Below are positions 23,976-37,284 of a stretch of DNA of 64,000 bases, piece after piece. Location of the stretch: assembly GCF_009914755.1 (NCBI RefSeq), contig NC_060925.1; one strand, 5' to 3'. This stretch comes from the human T2T-CHM13v2.0 reference genome, Homo sapiens. Made by a program: the position numbers and the translations under genes. The notes under the pieces are model-generated. The model saw only the letters and a program-made list of their open reading frames with translations. It was not told where the DNA came from and did no database searches. Position 1 is the stretch's first letter, and each line of letters starts with the position of its first letter.

Positions 23976-25132
23976 CCTGAATGAAGCCCCTGTCTAGCCC
24001 ACCGCCTTGGGTGCAGCTCCCAGTGTGACTGCAGACTCCAGCAATGGAGGCCTGTCCCTGCACAGGTGGCTCTGTGCTGTCGGCAGCCCTGCTCCCTGGG
24101 CGTCTTCCTTCCTCTCTCTTTCCAGGACCTGTTTTCTCTCCAGATTGAGGAATTGGATCCAATTCCCTTTCCCAGCTGCAATTTGCCTCTGAGCCCCCAG
24201 AACCCCTCCTGAATTGGAATCGCCCTTTCCCCCAGCAGCGCTCTCCAGCCCTCTCCTTTCCTCTCAGGGCCCAGCTCCATCCCTTAAAAGCACTGTCTGG
24301 GCTACATTTTAAAAGTCACTGTTAAATAAACTTAGGACCCACCCCCTCAGAGAGAGAGCCGTGGTTACAGGGGAGCAGAGCTGAAGGCAAACACTTGTAT
24401 CCTTGTATTAGACCCAGGCTGGGGAGCAGCACAAGCTATTTCTTTTGGATGCGCCTCCTAGGAGTGGAGGAACTTTTCTTTGTAAAGAAAGAGAGGATCT
24501 TTATAAACCTCGGACTTTTTTCAAGGAGGCTTTATGGGTGGCAAGGATAAAGCTATAGAGGCAGGAAAAAGAGTTGCTAACTATATGCCAGTACAGCATA
24601 CTTTTTAAGGGTGGGGTGTGGGAGGAGGTGGGGAGCTTCCCCTCAGCCGCTCTTTCCCTGGATGCAATGAACTCATGGTCCTTTGACACCTCTGCCACCG
24701 CTCCATGGGACAGCCTGACCCCCTCCATCTCTGCTCCTCACACTGGGTGGTGCTGGAGGGAGAGGGACCTGTGGCTGTGTCTGCCAGTCCCAAACGCCAG
24801 CAGCTGCACAGTCCTGCTATAATTGCTAATATCTGTTTCTTCTCCTTTCCAGGCCTTGGAAAGTGTTCCAGGAATGGACTTTCTGCAGTATGATGACCTG
24901 CAAAAGCAGCCCTTCCATTTACATTTCAAACTCCAAGTCAGCCGTGTCAAAGTTTGAACCAGAACTGTGGAGGATAATGGGTCAGATGCAATTAGCAGCC
25001 CAGAGAACCACACGTTGCAGTCTGATTTATTTTTTTGCCCATCAGATTCCAAGAATCCTAGTGCTTAAAAGCAACTAAACAATCGCTCTATTGTACTGAA
25101 ATAAAGCCCGGTTAATTCAGAAATCAATTGCA

Positions 25133-25148
25133 CCACCAGGTGGGGCAC
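25133..25148 (+). promoter_or_regulatory. CTCF-like motif
   Basis: CCACCAGGTGGGGCAC against the core CCACCAGGKGGCRC. Confidence 0.35.
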
Positions 25149-26552
25149 ACTCTGGCCCCAAACAGATGGGGTTGAAAACTCCCCTCAAAATGCAGTCTTG
25201 TTAAATTAAAAACTTGATCCAGGAGTGGAACAAATAGGGAGCCATGAATGGAATGGAGTCAGGTCCACTCAGGCGGATTCTTTCTTCTCCCACTCCTTTT
25301 CCTTTAAAAAAGAAAAATTCCCCATTTCACTTTCATCAGTGTTAGCATCTATGCAGAAACGCAGCCATCCACCCTTTGCAGTTGAATGTGTTACTTTAAT
25401 TAGTCTGAAAATTAAAGGGCAACTCCGGGCCAATGTGAATGATTATGAAAATACATGTGCATCCCATGCAATCTTCTCATTTAATTAATAGTCTTGTAAA
25501 CTATATGGCTCACTTTAAGTCAGTCAAGAGGTATAACAACTCCATTTTAAATATCCACTTAATACTTAACAGGATGTGAGGAACACACTATAGCATACGG
25601 TCCCTTCTCAAGTTTCACTGTCTGAAATTTTTCAAAGCTGACCCAAGTCAACCTGAAAAATGTTTAACACCCTGGGCTTGAACACAAGAAACTCTGTGAT
25701 GAACAGACATTCAATTACATTTTTTAAAAGTGAGAAGCATTTTTGTAAAATAGCGACTCTGGAAACTAATTGGCAGCCGCAAAACTTGTGAGCAAAGGCC
25801 AAATCTTGTGGGGAACTTTTACTACAGTAACACGACTCAAAGAAAATGTGAATAAAAGGCATCTTTGTTTCCCAGTCAAATTAGCTGATTAAGAAATAAA
25901 ACATCTTAACATGTTTTTAAATGTAGAATTAATTATTTATATGAGAAAAATTAATGCCTGGTTATGTGAATTCTACTCTGTGTGTGAATTGAATGGGGCA
26001 GAAAGAGTAATCCGTGTGGATCCATGTCTTAGGTCATTAAGCAAAACTAAATATTAAGAGCTCCGGTTATGGAAAAAAAATCACATTCAGGTCACATGTT
26101 GTGCTCCCCATTTTGATTTTCAAAGTCCAGATTAGTTATGGTCTACATTGAAAATGTGATTCAGAACAAGGAAACTGCTTTGTATTGGCTGAGTACTGAC
26201 AGTTGAGTGGAAGAAGAAAATACACAGCTATACAAAGAGCACAGCCAACTCCTGGGAGGGAACACAGGCCTTTTGCTCCAAAGGAACCTGGGAAAGATTC
26301 ACAGAAAGAATTTGAACAGGCCATTCTTTATTTCCTAATGGTTGAGTTTGGAACTCATGAAAACAAGACAACCTAAGTTATGTGTCAGACTCAGAAAAGA
26401 AGTGGGCAGGTGACCTTTGACATCTCAGGCCCCCATGTCTCAACCCAAGCCCTTCGTTCCTGACCTCTTAACATTCCAATATCCTGAAGCCAGGCTCTCC
26501 CCAAACCAGGGCTGCAAATTATCTCTGCCATGTGGATAAACATTCACTGGGT

Positions 26553-26732
26553 CAGTGTTTTTCAAGGTGTGGTCCTGGGACCACCTGCATCAGAATTGCT
26601 TGCTGAGCTTTCAAAAATATAGGTTTCTGGGCCCCAGGAATTACTGGGTCAGATAGCAGTGGGGCCCAGGAGTGTGCATTTTCAACAAATCTCCTAGGAT
26701 TCTGTGAGGATGTGAAAGTTTGAGAATCACTG
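26553..26732 (+). mobile_element. MER5 (hAT-Charlie) DNA transposon
   Basis: TIRs cagtgtttttcaa / ttgagaatcactg; internal gcatcagaat...gggcccagga...tgcatttt. Confidence 0.85.
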
Positions 26733-29341
26733 CCCCCGTGTCTACTTAGAGATCACGAGAGTAACTTTCACTAAGTTTCTTTAATGGGTTTCCTTTATTG
26801 AAAGGCATTTACAAAAATGTCTATTAATCCCTCATTAAATAAAAAAAGGTCCTCCAGCCATTTTCTTCATTTCTCATGGTATCTCTTAACAGAGGGAGTA
26901 TAGAAATGCTTTGTCCTTTAAAATAAGTTCAGTGAGTACTTGAAAAGTCATTTGGCAAGAGATGAGGGATGAGACAAAGGGGGAAGATTAATGACGAACA
27001 GAATCAGAGTCCTTGCTAAAATAAAAATGGATTCACACCCAACTTCTTCTGAAGGGTAAGACATATGGCAGCTCGTGTGGGAAGCGAGCGTGTTTAGTAG
27101 AGAGAGGTCCTGCTGCAGAGCTGTGTGACGCAGGGTACAGCTTCCTCAGCCAAAAACAGAACATCACATGCTATGGGAAGACGAATCATCCCTCCTATGT
27201 GATGAGAGGCTGACTTTCTAAAGAAATTTGAGCAAACGGTTGCCTGAATGGCTTTAACAAGTTTCTCAGAGTCAAGATGATCAGGTTTGGGCATTTAGAC
27301 CTTAGTTTTGCTCTGATTTTTGGGTTTGGCCTGACAGCACAGCATTTTCTGTGACTGTCTGTGGAAGCTGCTGATGGTCTAAATTTCCGCATTTATAAAA
27401 TGGAAGAACTGAAAGGAGGAAAGTGCTGGCCACTAGAAATTGTGGGTCAGAGCTTCAGCTACAAACTATGGGTGTACTGTTCTATATTCTCTTTTGAGAT
27501 TTTTTTTTTTCAGTTTTACCAGGAAAAAGCCAAGACATACCTGCTAAGTTTTTTTTTCTTTGAATAGAAAAGAAGGGCAATCCATTTGCACTTCGTCATC
27601 TGTTATGTACCAGCGTTAAAGTAGCAAGTGCCCAATGATAGACCTCAGGATTCTGTTTCTAGGTTTCATTAAAAGCTATAAACGGGTATACAAAGGCCAT
27701 TTACAAATGTGCCTGTGATTATGCTTATAGTAGCAGTGATGAGAGTTCAGTTTTTGTCCATGGAAAATTGCTGCTTAATAAGAACTTTCCCCAATCCATG
27801 TCTCCTTTGAGATAAAAATTTCCACACTAAATTTCATCGCCCTACTAGAATTTCCTTTGGAATGTTTGTGTTAAATTCCTTTCTCCCTGATTGAAGTATA
27901 CAACACAAAATCTAGCTTAAAGACTTGAATACACTGAAAGGCACAGATTTATAGAGTAACTTGGGAGGAGACTGGAGAGGGGGAAAGCAGAGGAGATTTG
28001 GGGAAATGAATTAAAACCTCCCAATAATTAAGAAATGATTTACTTGGCACATTAAGTATTTGGAATGCTTGTATGGGAGGGTAGGGTATGACTTCCTCAT
28101 ATGCCATGGGCAACTTCAGAGACTCAGTTTTGCTGCAAGAAGTTTTGGCTTTGTTGTTGTTGTTATTTCCTGATTTGCTGTGTGCTGTTGTGAACTTAAT
28201 TAACACACTAGTGATTCTGCACCCTCAGGGAAAAATGGTAAATTTTGTAAAGTGTAACTACAGAAACAAAAGGGAAGTCCTTTCCGTCCTGATCGTAGCT
28301 GTTTTTATTCCCTCTCTTGTATTATGCATTCGAAAAACGTGAAAGCCACATGAAGCTTCAGAGAGTCCAACCCTCAGACTCATAAGGCACAATACCCCAG
28401 GATTCCTCTAGATCACTGTTCTATCTTATAGACTATCCTAACTGCTTTTGTGTGAGAAAAAGCAGGGTTCATAGGTAGCAAAAGTTAGCCCTTTAGATGA
28501 CAACGGTGCATTTTATGTGCTTTTTAAAAATCATATTGCTCTCATTTGGAAGTAGCTTGAACAATTCCATTTTGAATCAAGCTCTATAAATTTGATCAAT
28601 ATCATTATTTTCATGAGGCAAGTTTAAACCAATAAAGTTGTCTTGCTTTGTCCCTCTTCCCTCCCACCCACCCTCTTAAAAAAAAACAAAAAAAAAAAAA
28701 CTAAGGAGAGTCACAACTTTGACGTGAAACTTGAGTGTGAAGTGCGGGTAGGGAAAAGTTTATGAAAGATGACATTTATAGATGGGTACATATATATTTA
28801 ATTTCTTGTATGTGAGTGTGTATGTATATATATTTCTACTTCTGTTCATGGAGAATACAACATCATAATTAAGGACATTTTACTTTATCCAATGAAGAGT
28901 TTTTTCAGTTCCCTTTAATTGGTAATTTAATTACAGAGCTAATCAGGAACATAGTGGGTGTTGGGACTACAGTAATTGTCTTTAACTGGAAAGTCTTACC
29001 ACTTACAAAGCAAGAAAGTTTTTAAATTATGGAACACTTAAATAATGGATTAATAAGTTAGTAAGTACAACTCCATGAAGGTAGATCATTCACATGCTTG
29101 TCAATTGACAAAATTTTTAATGCGAGTCTGATCTATTCCACTAAGTAATTATCACTCTGCTTTTCCAGCATACTGCGGGGGTCTATGCTGAGGCCCCAGG
29201 GAATTTATGTGCTAAACTCCGGGGCTGGAATTCCTGGACCAGAGCTGGGGCAGAAGGTGGAGCAGCTGAAAGTTGTTTGGGAGGAAATACAGTCCAATAC
29301 TTAGAGCAAAGAGGATTTCTGTTATTAGACTCTGCCGCTCA

Positions 29342-29405
29342 CTTATTGGGTCCTGGTGAAAGCTAAATGAGCTAGATGCATATAAAGTACTTATATGCAT
29401 CAGCT
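29342..29405 (+). repeat. Inverted copy of 30834-30885 with a terminal fold-back palindrome
   Basis: 29342-29393 is the reverse complement of 30834-30885 at 51 of 52 positions; gatgcatataa-agtac-ttatatgcatc is a quasi-palindrome. Confidence 0.9.
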
Positions 29406-30792
29406 AGCCCAGCCCTCTCTCTGCCTCAGTTTCTCTCCACCTATGCCCATTTCAGCAGACACCTATACCCCAGGACAACAGAGAAGCATTTGGAGGTGGT
29501 TGAAGATGGACTCCGGCAGGGGTGGCTTTGACACATGCCGGGTGGCCCTTTGGGCCTTGAGTCCTCTGGATGAGAGGGCTGAAGCTACGTGAGAAAATCC
29601 GTCCCCTGCAAATGGGGGACCTGTGAGATGAGGGCCCTCTGGGGAATGAGCTTAACCTGGGAGCAGTGGGGAAACTAATAATCCAACCAGAACATAGCCT
29701 CTGTAATTTGGGAAGAGTTGTGATTTTAGGAGGACAATCATTTGTTCTTTCATCAAACATTTCGCAGTATTCATGTGAAGGGCTACTATATCCAAGATGC
29801 ACATTAAAAACACAAAAACATTGAATGTAAAATTGTCTCTGAGTAGAAAATACAAGGAATTACCTAGAGGGCCGATTTCCACAAGTGCCTGGAAAAAAGC
29901 TAGATAAGAACCCAATCTTCTGGGCCTCTTTCTGGGAAGATCTCATCTGAAAAAATGGGATCCCAGAAAGGCCAGCAGTTTGTAATGGAAAATGCTCAAG
30001 GTAATCAGGTTCAAAGGATACATTTGGTAAACTAAAATTTCTCACGTCACGGTGACTGCAGGGGGATGGTGTGAGGGAGACAGAAAGAGAAGAAGAGAGA
30101 TAACTGGACTAAGTGAAATCCACAGAAAATCCCTAAACTTGATTTCAGCCAGTAGCTTCACTCAAACCCATTCTCCCCCAAAACTTGGACCATAATTACC
30201 ATCTGTGAGCTGAATGGACTTGAGATTTGCTGGTTTCTTTCTGCTGCATAGCATGGCCAAGAAAGGCTTCAGTGGGCCTGGCTGGGAAGATGCACATACA
30301 CAAAGCTAAGGCTGGATCACAGACCAGCTGTTAGCAACCCGGCTCCCCCCGCCAAAATAGCTACTTGAAAACAGACAGAAGCTTGAAAGAAATGAATTTT
30401 TAAAAGTTCCACCCTTAAAGATTATTTTTTCATTAAATTATTGAATTTACATTTCATCAGAACTTTTATTTATTAATACATTTACAAATATCTATCCAGG
30501 GTTTGTGATGAGTAAGGGTCATGTAATTTTAATCCCGACTGTCCTCTATGAGTTTCTAGTTAAATTGGAAAGCTGCTATGTGCACAAATTCTATTACATG
30601 AAAGAGGATAATAAATTCCACGTGTGAGCAACCTGTGATATGAGGCTTTTGAGAAGTCGGGAGAGAGAAAGCTCTCTTTCAGCTGGAGTGATCTGGGAAA
30701 GCTTCATGGAAGGGGAAGGTGGGATTCAAGTTGGGACTTGGAGCAATCTGATAGAGAGCATTGAGGGTAGGGCATTTCAGACAGGGGAAAGA

Positions 30793-31150
30793 GCTTACAT
30801 TTGCCAGACACCTACTTTTAGCCAAAATTATGCTAAGTACTTTATATGTATCTAGCTCATTTAGCTTTCACCAGGACCCAATAAGGGAGGAATGATTATT
30901 TTTCCCTAAAAGCAAATCCTAACTTTATTAAGAATTTACTGTGTGTCAGGCACTGTTCTAAGTGCTTTAATGGATTAAATATTTTAATAGTCACAACTCG
31001 ATGAAGAGTGTACTACTCCTACTATTTTTATTATTCCCATTTTCCAGATGAAGAAACCAAGTCACAGGGAGGTATGTAGCTTGCCCAAGTTCACCCTGCC
31101 AGTGTGTGGCAGAGCTGGGACTAGAACCCGGACTCTTGCTCCTGAGTCCC
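30793..31150 (-). mobile_element. Two tandem MIR fragments (about 30793-30906 and 30925-31150)
   Basis: gctaagtactttatatgtatc...; tgtgtcaggcactgttctaagtgcttta...cccattttccagatgaagaaac...ttgcccaagttcac. Confidence 0.8.
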
Positions 31151-32247
31151 CCTTCACTTTTAATTTTAGTCTACTGCTTCTCATGGGAAATGACACAGAA
31201 GCAGGAAAAGCCAGGAAAATGTCTAAGAACGCAGTGCTTAAATTTCTTTGGAATGGGTTTGCAAAACTCACACAAATCAAAACATGTTTAATAGTGACCA
31301 ACCTTGGAAAATATTTAAATTGCTACAGGTATGGCTCTGGAGGTGAAAAGATCATTTTCAACTCATGACTTCTTGCTTCTGCTGACTTAACAGAGCTGCG
31401 GAGGGTGGGTGGGGAGGTCTGGAGAAGCAGGTAGAGGGACAAGGAGAGGAGGAGGAAGAAATCTCTGTGGAGGAGGTGCTAGTGGGGCACTTTTCTAGCA
31501 ATGGTGAACTAATTTTCTTTGCCCACAGTGGAAGCCTCTTTCAGGCATGGAGGGTGGGAGTGAATTATTTAGGCAAGGCATTTTGTGGAATTTGTTGATG
31601 CAGAAGGGGTGGACCTGGATGTACAGCTGAGCATGTCTGAGCATGTCTTCTCCAGGATGTAGCTTGTGATGTCTACAGTGATTTGGATGGATGGTACTAG
31701 CCAATGGGGCTCATAAGAGTGCCAGGTTCTGGTAATGAGCGACTGGCACTCTGCTGCTCAGTGTTCAATCATAGAAGCATGATCTTGATAAATCATTTGC
31801 TCTAAGAGTCACTTGAGCAGTGAAGGATTCAAATAGCATTCTTAAAGGGCAAGTGTAATTTTGTCTTCAAACCTTTGTGGAGTATTTTATAGTTTTCAAT
31901 GCAGTTTCCCATGTACTCTATCACTAGATCTGCAGATTCAGCAGGGAGATCCGGGCATTTTACAGATAAGGAAACTGAAGTTGGTGAGTTTAAGTCAACG
32001 GGCTAAGGTCTCACTGTTGGGTTCAGGTCTGGCACTCTGCCTCCTGGTGCCTGCCCTTGCAGAGACATTGCACCTTGCTTACAGAGGTCCTTTTCTCACT
32101 GCTGACAAGAAGGGCCTGGAGGTGCGTAAATGGGGAGTTCAAACTTGATGAGGGCTGAAACTCCAGAGGATAAATATGACCAGCCTTTTCCGAGTGGACC
32201 TGGGGAGGGAGAATAGGACCAATGAAGAAAGAATTCAAAACAGAGAG

Positions 32248-32580
<333 letters not shown>

Positions 32581-32689
32581 CTATGTAGAAAGCCCTGCAT
32601 ATAAAATCCTCAAGATAGATTCCCTAAAGCCGAGATTTTTAACCACCAGCAAAGCAAGGAACATAAGTGGGAAAAGAAACGAACACTCA

Positions 32690-32900
32690 TACATTCATTT
32701 GACAAACCTTTAATAAGCAACCACTGTGCCCCTGGCAACAGGGACACTGAGATGAATTAGATACATCTTGTCCTTAAGGAACTCCTGGTAAGAGTGGGTG
32801 GGTAGACAGACATGTAAATAAGTTCTGACAAAGACTAATGAGGGCTCACCTAGAGAAACACTCTGGGAGTGCAGTGGGAGCACAGGGGAGGGGCAGCAAA
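32690..32900 (-). mobile_element. L2 fragment
   Basis: cattcatttgacaaacctttaataagcaaccactgtgcc. Confidence 0.6.
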
Positions 32901-33164
32901 TTCCTATGTGGCCAACGCTTAGCCAGAACTTTCTAGACGCCATTGTCTGTGGTACCTCAGAGGAGTCTCACGTCATCGTGCAATTTTTCAGAAGTGAAAC
33001 TGAGGCTCAACAAGGTTGAGAAACTTGCTCAAGGCGACATGGTTTAAGGGGTAGAGGAAAGATTCAAACACACATTTGACTGATGTTGAAGCTCACATTG
33101 TTTGAGATGTCCACATTTTGAGTGATCAAAGGGCCATGTCATTTTCATCTGTTCTACCTATGAG

Positions 33165-33575
33165 TACTTACAGTTTGGATGTGGCTTGTTTCTACCAAAA
33201 CTCAGATTGAAAGTTAATTGCCCATATAATGGTGTTGGGAAGTAGGACCTTAAAGAGGTGATTAGGTTAAGATAGATTAATGTCTTTCTCACGACACTAG
33301 GTTAGTTTTCCAGGGACTGGATTAGTTCCTGAGAGAATGTGTTATTACAAAGTGAGGCTGCGTCTCCTACTTCCCTGTTTCATGTGCACCTGCTTCCTCT
33401 TCTGCTTCTCCGCCATGTAGGATGCAGCACGAGGCTCTTATCAGAAACTGACCAGGTGCCAATGTCGTGCTTCTTGAATTTCCCAGCCTCCAGAATTGTG
33501 AGCCAAATAAACCTTTCTTTGTTAATTACCCAGTCTCTGGTATTCTGTTATAGCTACACAAAATGGGCTAAGACC
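33165..33575 (+). mobile_element. MaLR solo LTR, MST family (MSTC/D-like)
   Basis: acagtttggatgtgg...cccagcctccagaattgtgagccaaataaacc...ggtattctgttatagc...ctaagac. Confidence 0.85.
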
Positions 33576-34289
33576 AAGACTATGCCCTGTTTTCTCCCTT
33601 GTCCATGCAAATGTGATGGTGGGTGTAGGGAGTAAAAAGGGGAGAATAGGAGTGAGCTTCAGGCAAATGCTGAGCAGATACATTGCAGAATGGAATTCAC
33701 CTTGAACTCTGACAAAGAACTAGTAAACTCTGCAGATCCTTGAGCCCAAATCTCTGAGGGGCAGGCAGAGTCCTAGAAAAGAGAACTAACTGCATGCTGG
33801 GTTGTATTAAACAATCTGATGGTGGTTTCCATGCATTTCCTGTGATGTTAGGTTTAGGAAGAAGCAGAGAATAAGGCATGGATTCCCAAAGTCATTTAAT
33901 CTGTCCTCCTGCCCTTGTTCAACTTTTTAAATACTCTTTTAAGAGATCTGTTGGCCTGAGTGTATTAAGAACAAAAAAGGCTCATTGGTTCAATGACCTT
34001 CATGGATAAGACATGACCAATTGTAGCCCACTTGTCTTCTGGAAAGGAGGCCTGTGTTGTTTAGGCATCCCATTCCATTGATTTACCACTGCAACACACA
34101 TTGTGGGGCCCATGGCTAGGAGGGTGTGTGTGTGCAGAGAAACTGCTAACAGACATCTTGCCACCTGAGCAGGAGCACTCTGGGGGTTAACTCCAAAACA
34201 GTTTCCCACCTTTGGATAATTATTTTGTTGGAAATGAAACCTCTGGTGTTCCCTGGGCTCATTTCGCTACCTGCCATCCCTCCTTTCCC

Positions 34290-34700
34290 TCTTTGGAGTC
34301 CTATAGTAATGTCATTAAAGCCTCTGGAAAATGTCAGCTGAAACCAAGGTTTCTGTTGGTTATAAGCTATGAAAAATGTATTGGATTTAATATGTTTGGT
34401 TTGGGAAATCAGTTTTTGTCCACTATAACCAATTGTCCATAATAACCATGTCTGTTGTAAGTGGTGTGCACTGTAATAACCCTCACATAAAGGGTAAGAT
34501 GAAAGACAAACCATTTCAGATGGTAGCTGGAGCCATATCAATATAGATCACTGCCTACGTATATCAAATGATTGATGGCCATTTTTAAGGCTTTTTCAAT
34601 TCAATGCCAGTGCCGTCTAATGGCAGTAAAGCACACAGTATTTGCTGATACCCTTCCTGATAAACCATCTGGTTGCAAGTGAGAACAGCTTAAGGAATGA
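34290..34700. promoter_or_regulatory. Candidate PBX-HOX enhancer
   Basis: TGATTGATGG 34569-34578 overlapping GGCCATTTT; TGTCA, CAGATG and TAAT motifs in unique sequence. Confidence 0.4.
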
Positions 34701-34987
34701 AAAGGCACCGGGAGCCATTTCTTTCAAATGATCCATTTCCAGTGTCCTGGCGGGAGGACAGTCGTCACTGCAGAAGATGGGAACTTCTGATGCTGCAGAT
34801 GCTGGAAAGCAGGAAGCAGATCTGTGGCAGGACATGCCTCTGGCCAGGGAAAGGCTCTATTCTAAACTCTAGTCAGGTGCAGGTCGGACAAGGCTGAGCA
34901 CTGCTGGTAAGGAGAGGCGTGAGAAGCAGCGTGAAGGGCGAGAACAATCCTGGCTCCCAACAGGAACAGAGTGTGTGTGACCTTCAT

Positions 34988-35215
34988 GATGATAGCAAAC
35001 ACTCACATGCACAGTTGTAAGCACCTTATGCTTGTTAATTCATTTAATCCACAGATAAACCTCACGAGGTCAGTATTCCTATTAGTCCTACTTTACAGTT
35101 GAGGAAATGGAGACACACAGAGGCTAAGTAACTCACCCGAAATTGCACGGTTAGTGAGTGATCAAGCTAAGAGTGAGTCCGAAGTCTGAGCTTACAGTTG
35201 GTAAGCTAGTCTACC
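34988..35215 (-). mobile_element. MIR
   Basis: catttaatcc...tttacagttgaggaaatggagacacacagaggctaagtaactcaccc. Confidence 0.8.
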
Positions 35216-35514
35216 TTGTGGGCAACAGAAACATATGGGTACTTAACTGTTGGAGTAAATGTTGGCAGCTCATAAGGCTGTTTGTTGCTGACACCCTTTT
35301 CTTGAGGATGTCTTTAGTTGCTTCCAAGCCCTGCCTTACCCCCATGGTGCCAGCTGACAACTCCGCCCTTCCCCCAGGAGCAGGCACCAAAACAAGACTG
35401 TGCCAACCCGGCTGGTTTTCCCAGCACACATTCACATAGGAAGCTGCACAGTGCGTTCAAGTTTTACCCTAAACAATCATTTGCATAATTTTTTAAAAAT
35501 AGAAGTCCTTCAAA

Positions 35515-35643
35515 ATAGACTATAAACTGCTGGGGACAGAGATCATTTGTCTTATTCATTGCTATCCCTCCAGTGACAGCCCAATAATGAGCCTGGCACA
35601 CAGTAGGATTCAAGAATTGTTAAAGAAAAGTAAAATGAATGAA
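35515..35643 (+). mobile_element. L2 3' end
   Basis: tagactataaactgctggggacagagatc...gcctggcacacagtagg...aatgaatgaa. Confidence 0.8.
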
Positions 35644-37142
35644 ATTCTTCCATACTGAAAGGAAAAGAAGGTATTTTATCTATCTTTCCTGCCCTTTATC
35701 CAGGATGAGAAAAGAGATAAATCTTCTTCAAAAGGATTACTTTCCTTAAAATATCCATGTCTCGGTTAAGAAAAGGAAATTCCACAAGAGCCAGGACCTT
35801 CCAATATGAAACCAGTGCAACTTTCAGAAGTCTTGCCTCCAGATGCACACGCATGCACACCCCCGTGTGCGTCCCATTAAACCCACCAAGCCTACACTGC
35901 TGCTCTTGCGTCCTCCCGCGAGGCTTCCTTCCTCCCGGGGAGCACGCATCAAAGGGGTTATCGCACTATCTCAGCGGAATCCTCCTGATGTTCACTTGCT
36001 TTGGGAACACATGCAGATACTCACAGTTTAGCACATGGGCCCTGTCTTTTCAGCTGTCTTTTAATCTTTGGTAAATTGAACAAGCGTGGAGAACTTGCAG
36101 GTGACAACCAGCTCGGCTGAGACTGCAGGGATGAAAACCTTGTCAGTACAGTCCCTAAAAGTCCTCCAATGTGCTTGAAGCATATAAAGAGAACCCTTGA
36201 TCCTGGCTATCAAAGGGTGCAGAAAGATCAAGAAGAATTAAAACTGATGGTGTGCCAGAAACCACTTGCAACAGAAGGTCATTACTTCCCCTCGTTAAAA
36301 CAGCCTCAGTTCTGGGGCCTGATCTGAAGCTTAATTGAAATGTTTCTAACAGTGGATTATAAGGAAGATGAGACGTCCCCTGCCCATATCATGACCTTTG
36401 CTAAGAAAGGCAGATTGGTAATAGGGTTAAAAAAAAAAATTCTGAGCGATTGCCTAAAGACAGCCAAGGCCTCTTAATGATATGAGCCAGGACACCTTTC
36501 TTGGTAAAGGAGAGCTCTCCAGGATGCTGAAGGGATAGGGGCAATCAATGTGAAGGCAGGAAGACCCAGGCCTCACGATCCCAGCCTCTCCCCTGGAATC
36601 TGTTTCTATGTCATCATTACTGTGACTTTTCCTTCCCTAAACAGGAATGGAGGAACCCCAGATGCAGCACTACCTCTGGGATAACTGTCTGTTGTTCCAA
36701 ACGTTCTATTTGTGGTGCAAAGAGTGCATTCCTTGTCACGCTTCTTTTGCAATCTTTCTGTCTAACTTGGGTAACCACACATGACCCCCTTGATAGACGA
36801 AGATGAGGAAGGCCCTCCAGGTCTTCAGAGAATGGGACTGCATCGGGAGGGGGACTGGCAGGAGATAGCTCAGCTCCGATGCTATCAAATATCCTGAAAA
36901 AAAATCACAATGCTTCTGCCACTTAGGCTTTTCACATGATAATAAATTGCAAGTCATATTTGCCCGGAGATTTGAATGCCTTCTGGCTCTCTTCCCCTTT
37001 TTGGTATGATTATCTGTCCTGGCAATAAAGTCCATGTCTGAAGTCCTGTGATTATCTCAACCTCCAGCTGGCACGTTGTGAAAGTCACTGTTTTGGGGAT
37101 ACTGTTGCAGCAGCTGATATGAAAGCTTTACAGAAGTTCCTG

Positions 37143-37188
37143 CATCTTATGGCTATGTCTGCTTTCATCTTATGGCTATGTCTGCTTT
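37143..37188. repeat. Perfect 23-bp tandem duplication
   Basis: catcttatggctatgtctgcttt twice. Confidence 0.97.
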
Positions 37189-37284
37189 GGACTCACCTGT
37201 CCTAACCAGATGCATGTTTGAAGTCTGTTAAATGAGTGCTCAGATGCTCGTCCTTGGGAATCCCCTGAGACTTCACTATGCAAA

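Noticed and set aside
29394-30833. Staggered-break inversion between the 52-bp inverted copies
   Set aside because: The MIR around 30834-30885 is continuous on both sides, which favours a templated copy over an inversion.
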